NCBI GenBank assembly: GCA_030704615.1
Contig: CM060732.1
Span: 38,936,001 to 39,000,000, forward strand
Length of the DNA: 64,000 nt
DNA from: Takakia lepidozioides
Taxonomy: Eukaryota > Plantae > Bryophyta
Reading direction: 5' to 3'
Shown here: positions 1-12,000 of the stretch, piece after piece
Layout: every line of letters starts with the position of its first letter
Numbering within the stretch: position 1 is the stretch's first letter
The notes under the pieces: model-generated
The model's database searches: none
Seen by the model: only the letters and a program-made list of their open reading frames with translations
Told to the model about the DNA's origin: nothing
Program-made: the position numbers and the translations under genes

Positions 1-47
1 AAGGTGCTTTCGTAAAGGCAGGCATGCTCTTGGGAGAGAAAACTTAC

Positions 48-3000
48 CCTTTTGAGTTCTATCATTCCAAATGTTAGAAGATCTGTTGGTAGGGGCTGGA
101 ATTCCTCCACTTTCTGCACCCAGAAACCCTGATGTTTTAACGCTGATTCTAAATGATCTTTCCACTTGTGGATAGGGATCTTTCCACTTGTGGATAGGGC
201 CTGCATGGATGGACCTGAAAAGAAATAAATGTGCAGAAATTGATGTATCCATCAAATTTTTCTGTTAGCTCCTGCAGCTACGCCAAGCACTTCCGGTTGG
301 CATAACTAAATGCCTCCGATAGCACCGGTCTTTGAAAAGACTCGGTACACTACCTCTAGTCTAGTTCATGAAGAGAACATGCTTGCTGTCCACCTCTATT
401 TCCTCTATTTAACAAGAGAAAAAGCTGTGATCCTCATGCAGGTTGTGAACAGTACAAAACCTACCTCCTAAGACGAACCCGCCGCTCTAGGTTGTGAACT
501 GTATACACTGGTGAGGTATGTGGAGTGTCAAAGTAGTCTGGGGGGTGTCAGCGTAAGGTTCTTTAAGGTCACTGAAGCCAATCTCTGTGAATCTAGAGCT
601 TGAATGTGGAACATGGGTTTGCTCAGGGTAATCTTGGTGTATAAAAATCTGCAGGGTTAAGCAGCTGGGAACACTTGACAGAAGATTCTCAGAAAGAGGT
701 GGAAGAGGACATACTGCAGAACTCTGCAAAGCATAGATCATGCACACAGCTCCTGCACATGCATCCCAATGTGGCCCAAGAATTTGCCATTTCTGTACAA
801 CATCCACAAATTCACCTCTTCAGCTTCCTAAGGTGATGAAGGAAATAATGACACCCCTGTTATATTTATACTACTTAGTTCCTAAAACAGGTTGGCCTGG
901 TTCTCTGACAATACAGAACAGAAGGGACCATTTGATATGGGCGTGAACTGCTATTATAAGTTCACCAAGTCTTGTCTGTTTTCCATCTAACTTGGTGTCT
1001 ACTTTGTTTTCCTTGGTTGACAACCCTGGTAGACAGCCTTGCATTTGACATCCCAAAAGAGGAAGCAAAATTCCCCCCTCTTCTTGCACTGGTGATTGTT
1101 TCATTTATGGGTGAAGACATGTCTTGATTGCTTCCTGCTGCTGTCTCTACTAGAGTAGAACATGGACATGGGTGAGGACCTTGAGGATGTTCTTACAAAA
1201 CTACCTACCCTGAGCACTGGACTGAAATTTGAACAGTAAACAGATGCAGAGAGGAAAAGGGGACTGTATTTGCTGGATGTGCGGGCAGCCCGAAGACAAT
1301 ATCCATTTTCTGTACATTGGCCAGGGTATTCTCACCAGAGAGTGAGCCTTTTCAGGAACATCAAAAACATGTTTCTGCACCTCTGTTCCCTGTTCACCAA
1401 CTTTGAAAATCTAGAGGCTGAGCCAAAGCCCTGGCCTTGTTGGGGTCTAATTGCTGGGCAGCTCACCACATACAGAGCTGCCCAGCAGATTCATGCTTGT
1501 GTGAAGGTTTTTCTAGAGGATTTCTGGAAAGCCCAAACTAATAGTTTATTCATTTATACCAAGGAGTCCCACTACCCATGTGATCCCCTCACAAAGGTAG
1601 TGTCTGTTCCCTTTTGTTCTGCCCAAACTGGATGCAGAATCTATGGTCACAAGGCTACGGCTTAGGGGTACATTCTCTACTAGAGTAGGAACAAAAGCAG
1701 AGAGAAAGCTTTATTTTTAGTAAAACCTTTCCGAATAACAATTAGAACAGTCCATAGAGTCAGGGATCCAATCCCAGTTGAGAAACAATAAGAAACAACC
1801 TGTTCCTGATCAGACATGGCAAAAGCAGCAAGGCATTTAAAGCAGATGTGTGGGTTAGGCACCTTGAAGTAAGGTAGCAAAACTTTCAGCTCTTCTAGCG
1901 CATCTGCCTGGACCCCCCGTTTGGCAGTCTCGACAATTTCCTCCTCATCCCCCTTCTTACCTTTCTTACCCTTGGCATCTGCCTTTCCTGTTTTAGCATC
2001 CCCTTCTTTAGCTTTTGGATCTTCATCTTTCCCCTTCCCACCAGCAGCTTTTGTGTCTTTACCAATCACGACAGAATCTTTAGTGCTCGCATCTTTTCCT
2101 TTTCCACTAGCATCTTTAGCTTTCAACTGTGCAGGTTCCTCCAGAGGAACGTCTGGCTCTTGACCTTCTGGTATATACCCTTCAGGATAAACTGGTTCAG
2201 GCTCTGGAAATATTTCTGGCTTTTTATAAATATTGAGAGCTTTGTACACCGGTTCATATACCTCGAAGAAGACTGCCTGATAAACGATAGCTTCTTCTGA
2301 TTAGGATAAAAAGAAAAGAATTATGACCACAGGAAAGTGAAAGTATGCTTATCATGTCCATTGACAAAAGAGTGAACTGCCTATTGGTCCAAAGATTTCC
2401 AATTCAGAAACCCCTCTCACAACTTTACTAAGAGAAAATGGAAAAAGGACAACACACAACAAAAAGAGGAAGATCAGAACACCTACTGAAAGCCCAAAAG
2501 GAGAGAAGAAAAGAAGAGACATTATTACACCCCACAGGAGGCCCAGAGACAGCAGCTGTCTTGTTCGTTGAAGGCTTAGGGCTGTCTAGATTGTGCAGAT
2601 TCTACTGATGGAGGCCAATACCATCACTGAAGGTCGATTTTATGCCCTGAAAGAAGGAGGGGAAGAGGAGTGGAACAACTCTCAAATGAACTTCCCATAT
2701 TGGTCAATTTTAAATTTATTGTTATCAAAGAAGGAAGCTCAAATCAGGACATCTAAAACATCCTTATGGTCAGACTACATGTTTCCACCCTTTTTTAAGA
2801 CATTTCATAGGAATCAGGGGCTGGGGTCTTACTATGGACTCGGGAATTTCCGCTGATTGCAGCTCCTCCAATTTGGGAGCCAAAATTTTACCAAAGTTTG
2901 CCTCAAAAGGTCCACCCCACAAAATGTGCTAGCTGTTGTAAGGCACACCATAACCCGACTAGGTTTGAGCATGCGCTGAAAAGAAAAGAAACCCAAGCCC

Positions 3001-6000
3001 AGCAGAAAACTATCAAGGAAGAACTTGGAGCTAGGACGGGGTTGAAGTTGGGTGAATGAAAAGGGTCACTTGAAATCTGAGAAAGGACATGGTCCATTTT
3101 TAGTTCAAGTCAAAGGGAAACAGCAAAGCAAAGGACTAACAGGATGCCTGTCTCACCCAGACCTTCAATGCAGTCAGATTCAACCCCTACACAAGGCATT
3201 CCTTTGACTAGCTCTTATGCCTTTCCGAAAGAAGGAGTGGTTCTAAAAATGACAGGCCTGCCAGATGGCAAGCTTGGATGTCTCCCCTACCATCTCAGCA
3301 AGACTAGAACAAGTCTGGTGATGTTCCAAACCTCCATATAAAAACCTGCCAAACACCCATCAAGAGTGCCAACAAACTTTTTATTTACTCACTCTTCCAC
3401 TGTCTTCCAACAATCACAATGAGCCTAACATGGTAAGAATGTACTCATAGGACGTTGCTTGCCGTAGCCTTGTGGCCAATGACCCCACGCCCAGTTTGAG
3501 CGGAAATCTAGCCTAACATGGTAAGATTGTACTCATAAGACGTTGTTTGCCCGTAAAGCCTTGTGGCCCATTGACCCCCGCGCCCCGTTTTGAGCGGGGA
3601 ACAAAAAGGGACAGAACCTACCTCTGTTCAGGGGATGACGTTGGTAGTAAGACTTACCTCCATATAAAGAATTAATAAGGGTTTTCCAGATATCCTCTAG
3701 AAAATCCCTTCACACCCAGCATCAATCTGCTGTGTGTGATTTGCCCAAAAACTAGGCCTAGGAGGGCCTGGGCTTGTTGGCCCAGCCTCGAGGACTTTCA
3801 AAGTTGGTAAACAGGGGTACAGGCACAATACCCTTAATAGAGTTGAAGAGAGCGTCACTTGGTGAGAGAAACCCTGGACAGTGTATCAGAAAATGAATAC
3901 TGTCTTCAGATTGCCCACACAACGGGCAATTGCACTCTCCCTTTCCTCGTTGCTTCGGTTTGCTGTCAAAGGTAGGTTTCCTGCCCTGAGTTTAAATTTT
4001 TCAGTCTAGTGCGGAGAGTGGGTTATAGACCCTTGAGGTCATCCAAGATGTTACTCCCCCCATGTCACAGACTGGAAAACAAGTTCAGGGAAGTTTTCTG
4101 CCTAACTTCCATTTTCATCAGACAATCTCATGGCAACAGAACATGGCTGAGGACACTACAGCCTCTAAGTCAGATTTATCAGATTATCCAGGCAGGGTCA
4201 AGGACTTGCGGATCCAGGTCCAGGTCCTTGAAGGACTCTTTTCTACTCTCTTCTGCCAGGACTTAGCCGTTTTGAACAGGGCGGTCCTGTTTCCAAGATT
4301 ATATAGAGTCGATTAAACTTAGGAGATCTGTGTGTGGGGCATATGTTGCAGCTGACCACCCACCATCTGACCTTGAATTCATCACGTCGGAGGCTTAAGG
4401 ACGGAATGCCAAACTACCCCGAACAGCCCACATTGGTTGTTTTTGAGCATGCTGACATACCCACTCCTACGCACCCCCAATTGAAAATGGAGTCTAGAGA
4501 ATTAGCCTGGTTGGAGTTAGTTATAACCCAATATATATAAGAGATCCGTACCCAAGGCAGGTCTAATAACGCGACAAAGCATGGTTTCTTAACCTCAGAG
4601 TTGACCCTCTGCAGTGGAAAAAATTTAGTGAGCCCCCAGAGCTTTGCCCTTGCCAGTTTGAACAACTTTCCGGATATGGCATCCCAATTACAATTGGAGG
4701 AGAACTCAACGCCCAGGTAGAGGTAAAGTAGGAAGGGAGGACCGGGATCTCTTTGGCTACCACCACTGCCACTTAAGATCACTTCCTCCCTCTCCTCTGT
4801 CGTTGGAATGCTACCACTGCACATTTGCTGACATTTAGCCTCTAGCCCCCAAAGATCAAAGTATCTCTTCGCGCAATAAATCAACACCGGGAGAGTGGGG
4901 ATCTCTTTGGCTACCACCACTGCCACTTAAGATCACTTCCTCCCTCTCCTCTGTCGTTGGAATGCTACCACTGCACATTTGCTGACATTTAGCCTCTAGC
5001 CCCCAAAGATCAAAGTATCTCTTCGCGCAATAAATCAACACCAGAGGGGAGATGAGTACATCCTTGAGCTACACCTTGGTCTATGTCAAAGAAGTTGGAT
5101 TCTGTCCGTTAACAGTGACACAGCTTTTTGTGTTGAGCATTACAAGTTGTGGACAACTCCTCACATCTTTCCCTTGATCCCACAGGACCAGATCAGGCGG
5201 AACCATAGGCATCTCTCCACACTTTGTCATAAGCCTTTTTGACATCCAGGAAAAAGACATAAGTGGGTTTCCCTTCTTTTTCCCTTCCCTGGATAATCTG
5301 GCTTAGAGTGAAGAGATATGATCCACACAGCCCCTGTTTCGCCGAAAGCCAGCTTGGCCTTCGTGGAAACAACCTCTAGACTCCAGATCAACCTCGAGAC
5401 GAGTACTTATAACTCTGCAGAATGTCTTGCCAACAGCATTGAGGAGCGTGATGCCACGGTAGTTCCCCGGTTCTTCTCTGTCACCCTTCTTGTATAGATT
5501 GACAATGACCCCTGTCGCCAGCGAAAGGGGATCATTTCAGTCTTCCAGATAAGGTTAAAGAGGAGAACTAGGGCCTCTATCATGGGATCGCCACCGTGCT
5601 TGATAAGCTCGTTGACAATACCATCAGGTCCACCAGCTTTATATCCATTTAAATGTTCAATTGCTTCCACAATCTCAGAAGAACTAATGGGAGCATTATA
5701 AGCCATTGAAATATACTCCAGTTCATCAGGGCTGTTTTGAATCATAGGAACAGTTTTTCCAACTGTGTCCCTCCATTCAGCAGAAGACCCCTCACTGTTA
5801 GACCTAGAAGTTCTGCCAAGGATACTGTAGTGAGTTTCAAAGGTTTTGACAATGTCAACCGATGAAGTCACCACTGCACCTTTAGTAGTCTTCAGCGCTT
5901 GTACTTGCTGACCATTTTTCGGCTTGTACAAACGTTGAAGGGCCAACCAGAATTTCTTGTCATTACCACCATGGTGGTTTGAGTTTATTTCACTGTATAG

Positions 6001-9000
6001 CTTGTCCCAGTATAATTTCTTCTGAGACCTAACAAGCTGATTGATACCTTACGGAGCTGGTAGTACCTCGCCCACAATTCTCTGTTGGTTTCCAAATTGC
6101 AGCACTCTTTATAGAGGGCTCGTCTCTCAGCTATCTTGAGTTTAATCTCATTAGTCCACCAATTAACTGCTCTACCGCAGACAATTAGTTTCCTCCCAAT
6201 GATCTTGTCAGCCACGGAGGAAACGAAACTCTCCCAAGAGTCCACTGCTCTTTCAACTTCATTTCTTGCGTTAACAGAGCGTGACTGAAGTTCTTGGAGC
6301 GATTGGACAAAATGAGGGAGAGCCTCTTGCAAGGCCTGGACGTACTCAGCCTTGACCTATTCATTGTGGAATTTTTCTATGCGCCACTTCCGAATCGAAC
6401 GTTTCACAGATCTCTTGGTGGTGGGAAAACACCTTTTGATCTCAGTCCAAACCAGGAAGTGGTCAGAGGTACCAATATCAGTTCTGTCGATCAACACATT
6501 GGCACACTGGGGGAACAAAATTTTGTCCATTATGATATAGTCCACAATGGAACGTTCCCCAGTTTGGGGTTTCTCACGAGTCCACTGCACTTGGTCACCT
6601 TGTCCTGTTATTCAAGGTCAAAAGCTGAAGCTCTTCTAGACAGTTAATTAACCGTCTGCCATTAGAATTCAGCTCGTCCTCACCAAAAGGTCCAATGATA
6701 TCGTCCTGATGGATCCCTTTGCCCACCCGGGCATTGAAGTCCCCCAATAGTACCACCTGACCTTTGGCAAGGAACGAAGCACAGTCCAGCTTTACATCTT
6801 CGAAGGCCTTGTCTGCATCAGCACTAAGGGTCCCCTCTGTGGGCATGTAAACACAACCAACAAAGAGGTCCTTTGTACTCATGCCGCCCTTCAGTTATAG
6901 CCAGATACTATGCTCGTACCTCAAACCCTTGTTGATAATTTCACAATTGTCAAACAAGAAATCACGGACAAAGAATCCGACCCTTTTTGACCGCGTTTGG
7001 CAGAGGCTGCCTTGAGAGTACACATCTTACCTGCCCATTTATAACCAGTGACATCTCCAACCAGTTTATCCGACGTTTCCCATGTTTCTTGTCCAGCACA
7101 GATATGAATATCATTAGTCCGAAGAACTTGTCCCACTTCAAGTTGTTTCCTTTGGTTGGTCAACCCTGAGAAGTTGCAAGTGGCCAGCCGCAAGCCAGCC
7201 CTTTGAGTGTGAATTGTTTGTCGTCTAGGTAGCTTGTGATTGCTCCTGGACGGCCAACCGTTCTGCAAAGGGGGGACAGTTACCCCATGTGTAGATTTTG
7301 CTCGTCTTGTGTAAACTTTGAGAATTGGTAAACCATTCAGGGTACCAAATCTTTCAGTTACACGACGCACAGGCTCCGCACACATAGGGGCAGATTGTCC
7401 GTCAGACTGCTTGGGGACAATTACCCCGTGTATAGATTTTGCTCGTCTTGTGTAGACTTTGAGGATTGGTAAACCATTTAGAGTACCAAATCCTTCAGTT
7501 ACACGACGTTCAGGCTCTGCACACTTAGGGACAGATTGTCCATCTGACGGCTTGGGGACAATTACCCCGTGTATAGAATTGTTCGTCTTGTGTAAACCTT
7601 GAGGATTGGTAAACCATTCAGAGTACCAAATCCTTCAGATTCAGGACGTTCAGGTTCCGTACACTTAGGGGCAACTTGTCCTTCTGGCTGTTTGGATTCA
7701 ACCTCATCCAGAGCATCAAACCGATTAGAAACTCTCAAGTTGAAGTTGTTGCCCTTGGTTGTCTTCCTAGAGCGCCCCATTGAATCACCAATGTCTAAGA
7801 CCGCTCTCCAGCCAGTCAAGGGACGAACTTCTTTGAGATTGAATTGATGCGGGACTCTATTAGAAGCACTTTAGGTCATTGCAACCTTCAACGTACCCCT
7901 GTTATCAAGTCTCGAGATGGTACAATTAGCCATGAAATCCAAGCCTAAGCTAGAGCATGTAGTTTTAAAGGACACATCGTCCATCCTGGGATTCACCCCA
8001 AAAACTACACATGAAGCCCTAGATTTGGCATAAGTAACCAATTCCCAGGGATCACCCTGAGGAGTGTTGATGTTGATAGGAGCTAAATTTTTGATTGTTT
8101 TCGCAGGCCATAAGTTTAAGCACAGGAACCAACCCGAGCCCAAGTGCCGAGTATGGTAGACAGAGCATACGACTGCCCAATTTGGGCGGAGGGGCTGCCC
8201 CCAAGCGGTAGGAGTCCGCTTGTTACCATTCAGAGATCACACTCCAGGGAGTTGCAGGGAATGGCCCGTGTAGGCATATTCTAAAGAGGGAAAGGCCCTT
8301 AACATGGTAAGAGAACAGGTCTAACAAACTACATGTACTCAAGACCCCAACGTTTGGTTACTTTGCCCTGTTGGTGGAAGGTGCACAGATCTTCACCAAA
8401 ATCACCCCTTCCCCGAACTCTCAGGGACAAGGTGAAAATATCCTGGCATCCACAACAATTATGCTCTTCTAGGCTTTATTCTTCTAAAAAACAAGAACAG
8501 GTTTCACTTTTCAATTGAGGACATAGTGCCCACATACACAGATCCACTTTGACTTTGCAATCAACCTATGGTAAAACTAGGTAGTTGTTTTGGTCGAAGG
8601 TACAAAGGTTCATAGGTCTACATCCCAAAGGAACTGGCCTCATGTGGGCTGCTCATACCATTCATTTGTCGGGATATAGTAAACTTAGAAAACCAGAAAT
8701 ATCTGACATGAACACTGCAATGCATTTAGGAACGAGAAACCTCCTACCAACTCAATAGATTCGTCGAAGAAGCCATCAAGCCAGGAGAGATCAGGTTTCC
8801 ATCATTCTACTTTGCTCATAGGCCTTCCTGGCCCCCATGGACATCATAAAGCTTCACTCTGAGTTATAGACTACTGTTCATTTCATTTCTTGTCCCATAA
8901 GCTCTTTGAGCTTTCCACTGACATTATAAGTACCAGTTCATTTGCTTCCTTTGATGATTGGTTCAAGGTATATGTAATTATCAGGCCCAAAGATGGGGTG

Positions 9001-12000
9001 ATACCGCTAGCGAGATGGATAAGAGCAGCATAGAAACCGGGGGCCGGAAGCTGGTAGGCTCCTTTCATCTGGTTAATGACCAACATTCTATAGTAAATAT
9101 CCATTACACGCTCCGCTGCACCCATTCCCATCAAGGTGAGTGAGTGCCACCAAAAACGCTATCAAAAACCATACAATAAATTGAGAACGTAGACCACACC
9201 TGAGAGATCATGGAGTCCATACATTCTCAGGGTGAGTCATGTACTGTGAAGACACCCCTAAGGCACCTTGGGGACACCTGGAGTGATCCAAGAGCAACGA
9301 GAAACTCAATGTTAATTGTTTCATCACATTTCCTTTGGAGTTAGGGGAAGGGTGAGGGCAAACGATTGAGAGTCTCAGCAGGTATCGCAGCATCATTGAA
9401 CAGGTCTTGCCACTGCTCCTGCAACACACACACATCCACTGAGCTTTTGCCAAGAAAACTCCTTTGAGGAAACATGGAGATATGATTGCACAGATGGAGC
9501 CTACAGCTGACTGAATATGGTATGAAAGGACTCTCAGCGTCCTCTTCACACAGCTTCATTCCTGCAACATTGCTCTTAGTGCTTAAAGATGATAAAAAAA
9601 CATAGGCTTGCCATAGCAGATCAGACCAGACTGCTGGAACAGATCCAGAGGTCATGAGAGCATAAATTCCACAGCATCTAGTGAATATCCATAAGCTAAT
9701 CCCCACATAAGCAGAAGGGTTCCCACACTCCATCCACCAATGCCTGTGTGAAGGTTGTGTACAAGGTCTGGGATTAATGTCATAGGTGGAGCAAGAGAGA
9801 CCTACAAAAGTGAGCACAGCAAAGTCTTTGTCTTCTAGCTCAACTCCTTTGGAACTATACCATATAAGCATAGCTTGCAATTGTCCTGCAGTAATACCTG
9901 TCAAGTGTCTTAGACACAACTCCCTTCAGCTCTTCATTTCAGGCAGGAAGATAAATTAGACAAAAGTTCAGATTCAGCATATCATGACCACAAGAGGACT
10001 GTAGTGTATCTGGATGAAAGCTTGTCAGAGAGTTTATAATCTCCAGTAAAAGTTCTAAGGGCCCGTAGGAACTGAAATAAATCTCCAAATGAGACGCAGC
10101 TAATGTACTCAATAGACCTGCATACCTTAGTGTGTGATCATGATCCTGAAAAAGGCTTGGGCAGCACAGAAAAAAGGGTGGACTCCTGCCGAAGCAAGTG
10201 CAAATTATGGTGTCTCTTCACTCGACAGACTTCTAGCTTCTATTTGGAAGGTAGACACCTTCTAACAATTATTGACATGGTTGTCCCAACTTTTCCCCAA
10301 GGACTTGAAAGCCCCCAGATACCCACACATTAGGTGACACGTGAGCCAGAACCCCCTTTTCGCCATATTGGACTACATCAAACGTTCACTTATGTGGCTT
10401 TGAACCCACAACAGTACAGAAAAAGAGAGGAGGATAAGGACAGCCATCCAACGACAGCACAATGGGACCTATTACAATTGCACAACAATGATACTCACAT
10501 ATCAAAATGAAAGTATTCTGGCCTTCCATATTTCTCACACAGCACTTGGTAATAGTTTGATGTCAATGTTCACCCCAAAAGACAGACCCAAGGAGGGCCA
10601 CAGTTTTTGCTGTTGTCTCCGGCTCTTTGAACTGACCAACAAGGGGTGCAGTTACAGACACCTCTACACTATCAGAGAGGGCCTCATCTAGGGTAGGAAA
10701 CCCATTACAAATCGCAAAAAATCTGTCCTCACTGTTATGCCCATGATAAGGCTGTTCAACTTGGTGTTTTGCTTCAAGGGGACAGAGTCAAGAATCTTCA
10801 CAAAACTTGTTTCTGCCTTTCCAGCCAACTTTAATTCATCTCCTTCAATAAAGGGGCAACCTGCTGCAGTTATACAGCAGACCAAGGCTGGTTTAAGGAC
10901 ACGCAGCAACATAGAGTTCTTCACTCCCTTGATAAGTAGAACTTTGAACCGGCCGCATAAAGCCCACAGAGAGATCTTCTCATAAGACTTTGTTGCCGTA
11001 GCCTTGTGGCCATAGACCCCACGCCCAGTTTGGGTGGAGCAAAAGGGACCAGAAACTACCTTTCTGAGGGGCTCACTCCAGTAGTATGACTTACCTTGAT
11101 ACAAACAATTAGTTCGGGCTTTCCAGATATCCTCTAGGAAGACCTTCACACAAGCATCAATCTGCTGTGTCTGAGCAGCCCAAAAGTTAGACCCCAACAG
11201 GGCCAGGGCTTTAGGTGAAAGTTGGTGAACAGAGGTGCCGAAACAATGTTCTTGATTGTCCTGAAGAGGGTCACTCTCTAGTGATATACCCGGACAATGT
11301 ATCAGAAAATGGATATTGTCTTCAGGTTGCCCGCACATCGGGCAATTACAATCTCCTCTTCCTCTCTGCATCTCTTTCTTGTTCAAAGGTAGGATTCCAG
11401 TCTGAGTTTAAATTTCAGTCTAGTGCCAAGGGTATGTAGACCTTTGAGATCATCCTGAAGGTCCTTGGCCATGTCACAGACTGGAAACAAGTTCAGGGAA
11501 GTTTTATGCCTAACTTCATTTTCATCGGACAGTCTTTGGGCATCAGACATGGCTTTGGACACAACCCTCTCCAGGTCAGCTTCATCCAGTAGGGTCAATT
11601 CATCAGGACTGATATTCTCCCAAGAAATAGATTCGATTATCTTAGTGTATCTGGTATTAGGCATGTGTCTGACCTTGAATTCATCATGTCGAGAGCTTAA
11701 GGGAGGTATGCAAAACTCACCCCAAACAGCCACATTAGCTGTTCTAGAACAAGCTGACATGCCTTTGTTTGAGCACCGCAGCCTGAACGGATTCTAGGGA
11801 TTTAGCAGGGTTGGAGTTGTCGATCCACACAGCATATACGTACTCCAAGGCTGGCCTTATAACATTCCAAAGCATGGTCCTTTCAACTTCAGTGTTATTC
11901 CCTCTGCAGTGGAAAAATTTAGTGAGACCCAAAGCTTTGCGCTTAGTTGATCGAATTACTTTTAGCATATGCGCATCCCAGTTACAGTTGGAGTATAAGT

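Larger units (their letters stand above)
3527..8297 (-). mobile_element. Near full-length LINE family A (single ORF: N-terminal domain + APE endonuclease + RT + Cys/His knuckle; RTE/RTEX-like), frameshifted
   Basis: APE motifs LLGDFNARVG and SDHFLVW, the RT N-terminal part, and the 3' end tgagtacaa. TSD taacatggtaaga at 3514-3526 and 8300-8312. The 5' half is nearly identical to 15205-17468. Confidence 0.93.
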
